Source: Octopus vulgaris
Lineage: Eukaryota
DNA: 64,000 nucleotides
Assembly (NCBI GenBank): GCA_951406725.2
Contig: OX597823.1
Coordinates: 83,824,001 to 83,888,000, forward strand
Direction: 5' to 3'
Shown: in pieces, positions 52,160-64,000 of the stretch
Layout: each line of letters begins with the position of its first letter
How positions within the stretch are numbered: position 1 is the first letter of the stretch
Program-made: the position numbers and the translations under genes
The notes under the pieces: generated by a model
Told to the model about the DNA's origin: nothing
The model's database searches: none
Seen by the model: the letters and a program-made list of their open reading frames with translations, nothing else

Positions 52160-52310
52160 ATGTTTGTGTGTCCCCGTCACTTAGCGGTTTGGCAAAAAGA
52201 GACCGATAGAATAAGTACTGGGCTTACAAAGAATAAGTCCCGGGGTCGAGTTGCTCGACTAAAGGCGGTGCTCCAGCATGGCCGCAGTCAAATGACTGAA
52301 ACAAGTAAAA
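51968..52310 (+). mobile_element. SINE family 2, near full length, young
   Basis: Near-consensus head, internal TA/TG tract, and tail ggcggtgctccagcatggccgcagtcaaatgactgaaacaagtaa. Confidence 0.92.
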
Positions 52311-52333
52311 AAAAAATATATATATATATATAG

Positions 52334-52367
<34 letters not shown>

Positions 52368-53099
52368 GATAGATACCTGCTCATTTATCCTTGTTTGACC
52401 TAAAATTGAACGCCCGCTATATTTCTGTAAATCAATGTTAAAACCTGTCCGATACCCTATCGATTAGTAATACTCTTGTTTATATTATTAATGTTTCTTA
52501 ATTGAATTCCAATATCTCAGATCAAATTTGCATTAATTGCCTATCATTAATATTACAAGTGATAAATGGTTTATGTTTACACCAATATATCGGCATTTTC
52601 ATTAGAACTGTCTTTTACTCTCCAAAACAGTAATTGCGCTACCATCGATTCGGGTAATGTAAATTATTTGAAATGATTTATACAGAAAATTAAAAATGAT
52701 TATTCTAATTAAATGAGTCAAGTCTGTTAAATTACAATGTTTATTGTAGAATATATTGTAAATTAGACAAGTTATTTAGAATTAAAATTTAGTTCAATTG
52801 CACTTAATTGCAATTTTTATGTTCTAACGGGAAATGAACGGGAAATTTGTGTGGAACCATTAATCCCGACACTTTGTTTACTCTGATTCAACACCTATGA
52901 TGAGAGACGTTACAACTTTGATCACCCTGTCCTTTGTTCAGAGTTCATCTAGAATTGCATAACACAATTTTATCTTCTCTTTCGTTTGAAACGGTTAGGC
53001 TGGAACCAAAGAGAAGTTTGAGTCCTTCATCCAACTGAGAATGGGTATCTTTTCTCGCAGGGATTTAGTAAGGTTTAGATGTGAAATGGGGGAAATCCC

Positions 53100-53450
53100 T
53101 ACCGCTACCACTACAACCACAGTCACAACCTCCACCACAGCTTCCGACACCACCACCACTACTATATCTCCATATTACTACCACCTCTCCTAGTACCACT
53201 AAAACAACCAGCACACTACCACACCTACCATCACACCAATACCACACCAACTACCACATGTACCAACACTACCACCACTAGCACCACAGCCGCCGCGCTA
53301 CACTACCACATCCACCAACACAACCACCACTAGCACCACAGCCGCCGCCGCTATACTACCACATCCGCCAACACTACCACCACTAGCACCACAGCCGCCG
53401 CCGCTACCACAACCGCTATCAGCATCACCAGCATCAACACCATCGCCATG
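53100..53450 (+). repeat. Degenerate (CCA)n-rich tract with three ccactagcaccacagccgccgc units
   Basis: Units near 53275, 53326 and 53380. Confidence 0.75.
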
Positions 53451-53534
53451 AAACCAAATATTAAACACGATGGCTCTCAAGATCCAGCTGAAATATATGT
53501 AGTTCATTTAATTGCTGTAATAAAAGTGTCTGAA

Positions 53535-53768
53535 ATACTTATTTCTTTACTACCCACAAGGGGCTAAACACAGAGGGGGACAAACAAGGACAGACAGACG
53601 GATTAAGTCGATTATATCGACCCCAGTGCGTAACTGGTACTTAATTAATCGACCCCTAAAGGATGAAAGGCAAAGTCGACCTCGGCGAAAATTGAACTCA
53701 CAACGTAACGGTAGACGAAATACCGCTCGGCATTTCGCCCGACGTGCTAACGATTCTGCCAGCTCGCA
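53535..53768 (-). mobile_element. SINE family 1, tail A
   Basis: Consensus match; short atact duplication at the flanks. Confidence 0.9.
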
Positions 53769-54228
53769 TACTAACATGACGGACTTAATGCATTTTGTTT
53801 TTTTGAAAATAGCCTCCATAGAAACATTTTATCGGTTCATTCCAAATTCCATTCCTTGATATGGATTCTTGCATCTTTAGCATTAACTTTAATAGGACGC
53901 TCTTGTTTTCTGAATTGCAGTTGAAATTGAAAATATTTCTTTAAAATATATTGATGAACTGTAATTTAACGAGAATATTCTAAAAGCGTGGTATTATTTT
54001 AGTCGCTCGATTACATACCTCAAGAGGTTCTGCTTTTATAACTATCTCATTTTGATTGGCAATGTATTTTATGAAATATAGATTTTCAACTGAGATATTT
54101 TAGACAGACTTGTAAGCTAAGCCTGAAACAATACGAGATAAAAACACAAAATAAACTACAAAAGAGAAAAAATAACAGAACAACACTTGTATTTCACCAG
54201 CCTGATGTAAAATCACCAGTTTGTACAG

Positions 54229-54279
54229 GTCACTAGTCTGCACATGCCACTAGTCTGCGCATGTCACTAGTTTACGCAT
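54229..54279 (+). repeat. 3 x 17-bp minisatellite
   Basis: gtcactagtctgcacat / gccactagtctgcgcat / gtcactagtttacgcat. Confidence 0.85.
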
Positions 54280-55932
54280 GTTACCATCCTCACCCACACA
54301 ACGACTTAGTTCATCTCTCATTTCTCCACATGTCCTGAAGAAGAGATCATCACCCCGAAATATCGAAATACAAGGTAAATATTCACATGTTGTCCTTTTT
54401 TTTTGTTTTTATATTTTACTTTGCATTTTATCTCGTGTTGTTCTAAACTTATCTTACAAGTGTGTCTAATGTCATATCATACAATGATTCACGCTAACTA
54501 TTTTATTTTAAGAAATTTTAATTAATGTTGTTGTTGTTGCTTTTGCAGTTGCTTAAACTTAGTCCAGTATATCAAGACTATGCACCAGCAACCAGGTCGA
54601 TCCTGATCCAACAGATCCACGGCTTAAACTATTACAGCTGTGACCATCTAATGTTAAATAAATGGTCACCATCATTCCTTCATCTCTTCTGCAGTTCGAT
54701 CATGCTATCACACAGCCTTTACCAATGGTGCCCTCTCGTTGTTCGTCCAGGGGTTTGGTTTTATCACGCATACCTTTTTTCTCCGACACATTCATAACTT
54801 ACTTGCCGTTTTCTATAACAGCGCCTATCTTACATAATTTATATCACCCTTCATTTCTTCTTAACAATACACTCCTTAGCATCATCCACGTGCAATCTAA
54901 GCACTTTGCGCTCAATCTACAATGAGCAGACTTCAAAAAATATCCTCCAGCGAGGTCATGTCAATTTGCTAGTTTTAGATCCATCAATAGACCAAAGTCG
55001 GCTGCGTACCTCAAGATTCTCAGAGCAGGAGGTTAACCCGATTTTCATGGTTTGTAATTGACTGAGGTTTCGACACTACTCCTCTGAAGAGGACACCGGT
55101 CCGTCACACGGTTAAATTCCCAGATATTGCAGGAGTTCCTTTACAGCAACGTGAAATGAAGTGTCTTGCTCAAAAACACAACTAACCACCCAGTCCAGGA
55201 ATCGAAATCACGATTATAACATCGTGAATGCAACACTTTAACTACTGGACCACTTTTCTTCATCACCATTAGCAATAAAGCAAAACAAAAAAAATCATGG
55301 TACTTTCCTCTCTTTAAATATGAGCAGCACGCAAGCAGACATTTCGTGATCGTTTTAAATGCTAGGTCTTGTGATTACTTATTAGTAACTGGTTTGCTTC
55401 ACTAAAATAATCGACCAGAAATACAATGCAACAATATCCATGATGGAATACAAAAATATAGTCAACTAACTGATAGAGTCGAACAGCTGTGGCACTGCCA
55501 TTTCAATTACTTTTCATAAAGTAATTTTATTACGTTTTTTTAAACACTGTACAGATATCACGTTTGATATCAACTTTATCTCATCAATGTTATACTTGTA
55601 ATATTAAAAAAAAAATTCCTTTGTACTATTTTTTTTTTTTTATGTGATTGTCAAAAATATTAAATTGCAACATTAGGATGCCGACAACAGTCTTATACAA
55701 ACATACAAAACAAAATAAAAGATTCCAAAATCAAAAATGCAATTTTAAACGATAGAGAAAAATAAACAGTAGTCGCCAGTGTGGTGCTTTTATCAATGAT
55801 ACAAAATAAATGGTAATGTTCTTTAAGCTAAACTGTTTTCCAGAACGTTCTTGATGTAAATGAAATAGACGTTATGGTTGAAAAAATAGATAGTGAGCTG
55901 GTGGCGCTATATATATATATATATATATATAT

Positions 55933-55985
<53 letters not shown>

Positions 55986-56076
55986 TACGTCATGATGCAA
56001 TATTAAATATTGTCTTAAATACTTATAGCAAATTAGTAGAGTCAGTTCTCTGAAATTAATAGAGTTGGAGTGTGTG

Positions 56077-56141
<65 letters not shown>

Positions 56142-56270
56142 TCCAACTCTATTAATTATATATAAACGGAATGGTTATTTGTTTCTCTGGGATTGGTCAA
56201 GAGATGAGGGCACCTCTGATGGGAACCCAAAAGGGGTCGAAAACCGATTAAAGATGTTGATATACAGACT

Positions 56271-56378
56271 AGGGGGTGCTGGAAAGTTCGTGGCTTTGGG
56301 TAAAAGAAAATACAGGAGGATCAGTTAATTATGATTTTAATCAACATATTCCCCTTCTAGATTCAGACAGTTATTCCA
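56271..56378. mobile_element. Mariner-type MITE end (same family as 8732-8937)
   Basis: agggggtgctggaaagttcgtggctttgggtaaaagaaaatacaggaggatcagttaattatgatttt. Confidence 0.6.
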
Positions 56379-57120
56379 ACAACGCGATTGAATATATTTC
56401 CTGTAGAATCGCGATCAATCAATCTCGAAACACGTATCCTGTCATTTAAATATTTGGATTTTCAATCCATATGCAATCTTTTTCAGCCTGATTAACTATG
56501 TGTCTGAGTAAAGTATAAAGATGAATCTGATCAGTGACCAACAATAGCCACGTAATGAGCTGATATTGAGGCAACATAAATTGTATTTTACACTCCCCCC
56601 CCCCCACCTGTGTGTGTGTGTGTGTGTGTGTGTTCTGTGTGTGTTCTTTGTCACTAAGCATAAAGGAAGCTGTCAATTTGATTTTCGATTGTATAGATAT
56701 ATTTCTAATTATCATTATTGTTTCCATAATAATACTGACAATTAGCACTTTAAAAATCTATTGTTGAAAGTGCATTTTGTATCAAACAAACACCATTTTT
56801 TTTTATTTACCATTCATTTCGAATGGTTTTCTACAGAGGCACAAGTCCCTTCAGTATTCGTATCAATTTGCTACAATTTCAAACACAGCGTAACTGTATT
56901 TACGTATTTAGGCCTAACCATCAGTTGTATCAATTTATAGTACCGCTCTCTTACGATAAACAAACGTTCAAATTTACATATTTACATTCGTGTATGACCC
57001 TCTTTTCCATATTTTTGCTCCAAAGTCCATATGACTTGTAGAGACATTAGCTTCTATACAACTCCATATAAGCTCGATTCTCCTCACCTTCCCATAAAAG
57101 TAAATATTAAAGTTAAGTAT

Positions 57121-57520
57121 AAGGCGGCGATCTGGCAGAAACGTTAGCACGCCGGGCGAAATGCGTAGCTGTATTTCGTCTGCCGTTACGTTCTGAGTTC
57201 AAATTCCGCCGAGGTCGACTTTGCCTTTCATCCTTTCGGGGTTGATTAAATAAGTATCACTTACACACTGGGGTCGATGTAATCGACTTAATCCGTTTGT
57301 CTATCCTTGTTTGTCCTCTCTGTGTTTAGCCCCTTGTGCGTAGTAAAGAAATAGGTATTTCATTTTTGCGTTCTGAGTTCAAACGCCGCCGAAGTCGAAT
57401 TTGCCTTTTCTCCCTTCGGAGTTGATAAACTAAAAACCAGTGGAGAACTGGGATTGATGCAGTTGACTTATCCCCTCCTCCGAAATAACTGGCCTTGTGC
57501 CAAAATCTGAAACCAATATT
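57121..57520 (+). mobile_element. Composite family-1 SINE: young head-body-tailA fused to old body-tailC
   Basis: Junction gaaataggtat|ttc at ~57358; outer TSD aatattaaagtt at 57103-57114 and 57515-57526. Confidence 0.9.
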
Positions 57521-57751
57521 AAAGTTGTGTGTATAACTCATGAAATTGGATGACAATTTTTTGTGTCAAGTGTCAAGAGAAAAAGAAATATATATTTTTT
57601 TCCTCCCTTACCTTAGATGTGATGGTTACAAACGGAATATCTTTACAGATAAAGTGTTTCGTAAATCTTTGGAGTTTACACAATTTTCAGACCTTTTTGA
57701 ATGAAATTCAGGGTTAGATAATAACGAAGAAAGCACTAATCATACAATGCT

Positions 57752-57814
57752 AATGATGACGATGACGATGATGATGATGATGATGATAATGATGATGATG
57801 ATGATGATGATGAC

Positions 57815-57884
<70 letters not shown>

Positions 57885-58115
57885 TAACGATGATGATAGA
57901 TGTGGTGGCGGTTGTAACGGCGACGATGATGTTGATTATGATGATAATGATGGTCGTTGTCGTTGTGGCGGTGATGATGACGTTGGTGGGAATGAGGGCG
58001 GGGCGGTGATAATAATATCGATGGAGGTGATAGTAGACGTGGTGGTTGTGATGATGATAACGATAGTGCTGATGGTGGTAGTGAGGGTGAAGGCACGGGT
58101 GTAGATGATAAAGAT
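57752..58115 (+). repeat. (GAT)n/(GGT)n compound and degenerate microsatellite
   Basis: Direct observation. Confidence 0.9.
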
Positions 58116-58404
58116 GGCAGGGATAAAAACATACCAACACCGGTTGTCCAGCGGTGACACACACACACACACACATACACATACATATATATGTATGACA
58201 AGCTTCTACACAGTTTCCCCTATCAAATACACTGACTAGGCCAAGGTACCGCTCAACGGGATTGATCCCGAAACCGCGTAACTGCAAAACGAGCTCAGAC
58301 AGCCATACGTGCAATCTATACAAAAAAAAGACCCAAAAGAATATAAAAGAAACAACATACAAATCGGATATAAAATACATATAACTTATTATTCTTTTAT
58401 TACG

Positions 58405-58895
58405 TAATTTGTTTCAGTCATCTGACTGGAGCCATGCTGGAGCACCGCCTTTAGTCGAAGAAATCGACCCCAGGACTTATTCGTTGTAAGTCTATTCTAT
58501 CGGTCGCGTTTGCAGAACCGCTGGGTTACGGGAGGTAAGCTCACCAACATCGGTTGTCAAGCGATGGTGGGGTGACAGACACAGACACACAAACATATAC
58601 ATACATTTTTATTTATTTATTCGCCCTGTTGAAGCCTAGCCAGGCTCATGGGCCCGGTTTCCCGGTTTCTATGGCGTATGTGTTCCCCCAGCTGTTCAAG
58701 AAACATGAAAAAAGAGTGAGAGAAAGTTGGGACGAAAGAGAACAACAGGGGTCGCTACCACCCTCTGCCGGAGCCTCGTGGAGCATTAGCTGTTTTCGCT
58801 CAATAAACAAACACAACGCTCGGTCAGGGTATCGAAACCGCGATCCTCCGACCGCGAGTCGGCTATCCTAACCACTGGTCCATTGCGCCTCCACA
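58405..58895 (-). mobile_element. Family-2 3' half (58405-58600) abutting a family-3-type SINE (58605-58895)
   Basis: gtttcagtcatctgactggagccatgctggagcaccgcc; gaaaccgcgatcctccgaccgcgagtc...cattgcgcctcca. Confidence 0.85.
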
Positions 58896-59299
58896 ATACA
58901 TATATTATTATTATTATTCCCACTATTTTCTCTACGTGTTTTCGAAAGATGCCGTAGTGATTTCTATGTGTCTGCAATCATCAAGCAAATTATATTTACT
59001 AGTGCCAATGAAACATAAGTGATTGTGACTGAAATGCCGTTACTTATTCAGGTCAGTATTGCATGAGGAAACGGATTTCCTTTTAAATTTTCTGTCTGGA
59101 AAATATATGAGAACAAGAAATTACTTCTTGAAAGTATTGAAAGAGAAACGGAAGAAGCTTAATTTTTCCATAATGTAAAGCAATTCCATTTGAGTTTTGC
59201 ATTTGGAACTACAGGAAGTTCCTCGAGACATTCAGAAAAATACATACGGCAAATGTGTTGATAGACTTTTACAGATAATACATTTATTAATTTCAAACA

Positions 59300-59830
59300 A
59301 GTACAGAACTCTAATCTTCTTCAAGAAAGGTTCCTCTAGTTGCGCTGTACTTGATGTAGCCTTCCACTCACTTCATGACGGCCCTTTGGAAGCCCCTAAA
59401 TGAAGGTGTTTAGGACTCTTGTTGGATCCCCCGTCAGCTTAATATCTTCAAAAAAATTGGGGTTCTCCTCCTTGGGGAACAACTAAACGTCACAGGAAGC
59501 AAGGTCTGGGATGTACGGAGGGTAAAGGGCTATTTTGATGGTCATCTCTGTCACGTATTTGGTTACCAATATGGAATTGAGGACTGGTGCATTGTTCAGT
59601 TGCAAGTACTCAGGCCTTTTTTCGGCTAAACTTCTTCCCGAACTCCTTCAAAACCTCCACGAGAGAATCCAGTGGTTGTAGATGATGCCCTTGCTGTCGA
59701 AAAAGGATATCATCATGAGATTCCCGATGAACTCGAACTTATTGGGTCTGAAAGAGTCAGGATGTTTCCATTTGCTACTGCCTCTTGTTCTCTAGACCAT
59801 AACAGTATATCCAGCTTTGGCCACAGGTCA
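59300..59830 (-). pseudogene. Mariner transposase remnant (catalytic C-terminal half)
   Basis: Minus strand LMMISFFDSKGIIYNHW, VEVLKEF, LNNAPVLNSILVTKY, YPPYIPDLASCD, matching the mariner (H)DNAP and HPPYSPDLAPCD motifs. Confidence 0.8.
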
Positions 59831-60825
59831 CCAAAGGCTCGAGTAGACGGACGTATAAATTTCTTTTTAAAATAGGTTAGAGTTGTTTGCTTAGAGGAAA
59901 CTCTTTTCCGCTCTATAAAATTCTCGGTAAACACGCACAAGCATTTGTTGTGATAGTAGAATATTTTGCGCTTCGTTCAAAATTTGTGTCTTGCGCTTGA
60001 AAAATAAACTCGTAAATCCGGGGTCTCATAAAACGCTCCCTCGAAAAGTGAAGTATCACTGTATATTTTTTTTTCCATTTTGAGGTAACATCAAAACCTA
60101 TATCTGATCGAACACGTGTCTGAAACGTAAACTATAGAGATTCTATATAGATATCCAATTACCAGACATTCCTTTACAGATAAAGTAAATGCGTTTTTAT
60201 ATAAACAACCTATTCATCAAGTCGCTCTTAAGTATCGTTCACAGTTGTCTAGCTACAAACTGTTAATTCCTCTTTTGTTTTATCAAAACTGAGATCGCAT
60301 TATTCCTTTTCGAAGATAAACATCAATATTAATAATCGTTATTAGGACCGTATTGTTGCGTTGTAAAGAAATGACAAATATTTCAGCAGATGCATATGTA
60401 GTCTCATGTGAAAACAATTTCTCGTCGATAATTATATAGTTTCGGTTTTTGCTCTGAAGAAATATTTAGTTTCTTTAACCATGTTTACACATTCTTTCTG
60501 ATTGTGTGAAAGAAAATAAGTAATAATGTAGGCATAGTAAGTGTGGATACTTATTCATCGATTGGCAGTTACATCGATGGATATATCCAGCATCTATCCA
60601 TATGTGTGCGTATGCGGTGTTTGTGTGTACGTACGTAAAATAGTGATGGAATGCACGACAGCAATGGAATCGGCATTGTCTGGATAATGCAAAAGATACA
60701 ACGACTGTGATATTGTATTTTTCTATTTCCTCTTCCCCATATTCGTGTGCGTGAGTGTCTGGTTGTATTTTCATATGTACGGGTGCGTGTCTGCGTGTTT
60801 AGTATGCATGGGTGCATATATCATC

Positions 60826-60877
<52 letters not shown>

Positions 60878-61564
60878 CACTCTACTCTTTTACTTGTTTC
60901 AGTCATTTGACTGCAGCCATATATGTATGTAGGTGTGAGAGTGTGTATGTTTGCGCGCGTTTGTATATGTCCGTGCGTTATTATGTGTATTGATGCATAC
61001 TTGAACGAACATGTATGTATACGTATTGGCCGATTCTCGAAGGTTGGCTAAAGACAATCGAGTGTGTAACCAACCATGAAGAACAAATCAACAGTACAAC
61101 GAAATCAAATGCCTTTTAACTTACGGAGCCTATATTTACATATCACCTGAGGAAACACAACTAGATCTCATAATGCAGAGAAACGGTTGCATAATCAAGT
61201 ACCTCCACGCCTGGAGAACTACGTTGTGTATAAACAACTACAGATATTGAAAAAGCTGTTCAACCGTACTCCTTGTTGACTCCAAATTTTCCACTCATCC
61301 ATTTCACACACGACAGAAGCCCAAACGCAAACCTGAAAGTATGTATAATACTACTATTGGATAGTACTGGGTGCAATCTGAAGGTGGACGAGCTTTATAC
61401 GGCACTCTACTACGGTCATAACATAATTATATATATATACATGAAAATACGTTACCGGTTTCCATTGTTTCAGTTATTTACATTTAGTCATGTTGTAAGA
61501 GAAGATAAAACAAACTGAAATAAATTAAACTTATCGGACACGATATCTCTTCTGGTATTTGGTG

Positions 61565-61629
<65 letters not shown>

Positions 61630-61979
61630 ACACACACACACAGTAATCAATAAATAGTTGGCTGCTGTGCTTGTCTTTTCGTACATTTCGTGTAGTTTCG
61701 AAAATTGTTAAAATATACCCCATGATATGATGGTAATCTTCAGTCATGCGAGACTGCGAGATAGTTCCAACTTCTAGTTGAGTTCTATTTCCTGCCGCTT
61801 TCACTTCCACAATTACGTGATTTCCGATGTTGGCCAATAGCCGGAAGGGAAATTAGCTTTGTCGGATTGATCTGTACTCGGCATGACGACTGATGAAAGG
61901 GAAATCTTCGTTGGAGATCCACCAACACCATAGAAAAGGGTATCTTATAAATGGTGTTGCTTGTTTAAAACTCACTGGT

Positions 61980-62211
61980 GCGGCGGCGTCGTCATCGTAA
62001 TCGTCATCACCGCCGTAATCATTCTAATGCAATTGTCATCATCAGTATCGTCATCCAATGCATCCTCCTCCTCTTCCTCATCATCATCATCTTCATCACC
62101 CATCCTCTCCCTCCTCCTCCTCTACCCCATCATCACCATCATCTTTATCATCAGTACCCGCACCTTCACTCTTACTATCACCATCACCACCATCATCATC
62201 ATCATCATCAT

Positions 62212-62257
<46 letters not shown>

Positions 62258-62330
62258 GTCGTTGTCGTCGTCGTCGTCGTCGTCGTCGTGACAACCACCG
62301 CGTCCCCCATCACCCCCATCAACATTATTA
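61980..62330 (+). repeat. (CAT)n/(CGT)n compound and degenerate microsatellite
   Basis: Direct observation. Confidence 0.9.
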
Positions 62331-62694
62331 TAGAAAAAGTACTAAACTTCAAAAAAAGTAATTACTCGGGTCGATTTCTTTCGATTAAACCGTTTAACGC
62401 GGTGTTCCAGCATGGCCGCATTCACCCAAATTCACTCGCTAATTGTTGATCAGCCCGGTTCCATAGTAAAATGTACCTGTGCAATATACTGCGCAGTGGA
62501 ACTGAACCCAAAACTGCGTGATTGCAAAGCGGGCTTCTTAACCACACAGCCATACCTGCCTATCTTCAACTAGCGTATATCATCATTGAGCTTGTTTTTT
62601 GTTATGGCTGAGTTTTGCAACTGAACTTTTTAGAATTATGTTAAATGTTTAGCAAGAGTAAGTTCTACTTTTAGAAAAGAAAAAAGAATGCTAT

Positions 62695-62869
62695 AGGCGC
62701 AGGTATGGCTGTGTGGTAAGAAGTTTGCTTATCTACCACATGTTTCCGGGTTCAGTCCCACTGCATGGTACCTTGGGCAAGTGTCTTCTACTGTAGCCTT
62801 GGGCTGACCTAAGCCTTGTGAGTGGATTTGGTAGTCGGAAAACTGAAAGAAGCCCGTCGTATATATGTA

Positions 62870-62946
<77 letters not shown>

Positions 62947-63265
62947 CTGCTAAGTTATGGAGACGAAAAAAAAATTGTCAAGCTATGATGGGGGACAAAC
63001 ACTGACACAAAGACATATATGTGTATATATACACATGTGTGTGTATGTGTGTGTCTCTGTATCTGTATTTGTTTCCATCATCGCTTGACAACCGCCGTTG
63101 CTGTGTTTACGTCTCCGTAACTTAGCAGTTTGGCAAATAAGACAGATAAAATAAGTACTAGGTTTAAAAATAAGTCATGCGGTCGATTTATTATTCTATG
63201 ACCCTTCTAGGCGGTGTTCCAGCATGGTCGCAGTCAAATGACTGAAACCTGTAAGAGTGTAAATG
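62695..63265 (+). mobile_element. SINE family 2, full length, with expanded (TA)n and an internal inverted fragment
   Basis: aggcgcaggtatggctgtgtggtaag head to ggcggtgttccagcatggtcgcagtcaaatgactgaaac tail; 62947-63015 is an inverted piece of the family-2 body. Confidence 0.88.
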
Positions 63266-64000
63266 AATAATTGATATAACTGTGGAATGCCTTTGAGTTC
63301 CGTTTTCTCCTTTTTCTCATACAAACTCCATCATTCATCCATATACATTATTAGCTCCCAGAAGGTGTTTCACATTTAAGTCCCAGTTATTGACCAAGTT
63401 TATATTTATTAAGTATAAGCGAAACATTCTATTTCTCTAACATAAACCTGTCAAGTCTATCTGACAGGTCGCACCTTCAAACATTTTATATATTTATTTA
63501 ATCTTTCTAAGTGATGGCTTCGATATCTCTTTCTGAATCTTTCCTGTTTTGTTGCTGTTTCTGTTGACTACCAAAATATTTAATACTCTGTAAGCCATCT
63601 CATCAAATCCTCTTTTGTTTGTCTCATAGCTTAATTTCAACATTTCACTCATAATCTATCCCTCAGGCTAGAAAACTTTCAAAGCTTGGAAACACCATTT
63701 AATATATTTTTAATGTTGCGTTACACTTTAAATAACTCTGTTCGTCCACATGACATTTGAATACTTGCAACGACTCGGACAATAATACGTGTTTTTTTAG
63801 CTTTATTTTTACAGCTGTTATTCAAAGGATGGTTTTACATTTTTCGGCATTAAGTCTGCGACTAGTTTGGAATTTATCGATTTAACATCCAGATCGACTT
63901 ATTTTATGTCATGGTTCACAAAACTAGTTTGTTTCTTAAATGTCAGCAGTGAACTTTGGCTATAAAAAATATTTGACTTTGTATTTTTTGTCGCTGTTTT

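Noticed and set aside
53081-53507. Pro/Thr- or Gly-rich coding exon
   Set aside because: Degenerate (CCA)n repeat with stops in the frames and no clear splice context.
54229-54279. Short repeats resembling a CRISPR or iteron array
   Set aside because: Contiguous 17-bp units with no spacers, in eukaryotic context; a minisatellite.
63300-63800. Coding-looking minus-strand stretch
   Set aside because: Multiple stops and no recognisable motif.

Overview
AT-rich, repeat-dominated eukaryotic DNA, most likely a coleoid cephalopod (Octopus-like). The organism call is an inference from the SINE families and the dense (TA)n/(TG)n/(TAA)n/(ATG)n/(GATA)n microsatellites. The only convincing host gene is a single intronless, solitary, divergent linker histone H1 (2810-3484). 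The rest is mostly mobile DNA: three tRNA-derived SINE families in dozens of copies, a decayed large DDE-like transposase, a full-length decayed mariner, CR1-, RTE- and Dong/R4-type LINE remnants, foldback elements, and several Penelope-like termini carrying minimal hammerhead ribozyme cores. The most interesting signals are four. (1) One SINE subfamily ends in GGTAT, inserts at GGTAT-like sites, and often lands at the homologous GGTAT site inside its own family, building single-headed head-to-tail arrays. (2) A ~200-bp hammerhead-bearing unit occurs repeatedly at (TA)n tracts. (3) A CR1-like LINE 3' end matches the tail of the most abundant SINE. (4) There are two locally templated insertions. 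Coordinates were read by eye and element edges are approximate. Nearly all ORFs in the supplied track are microsatellite or SINE artefacts.
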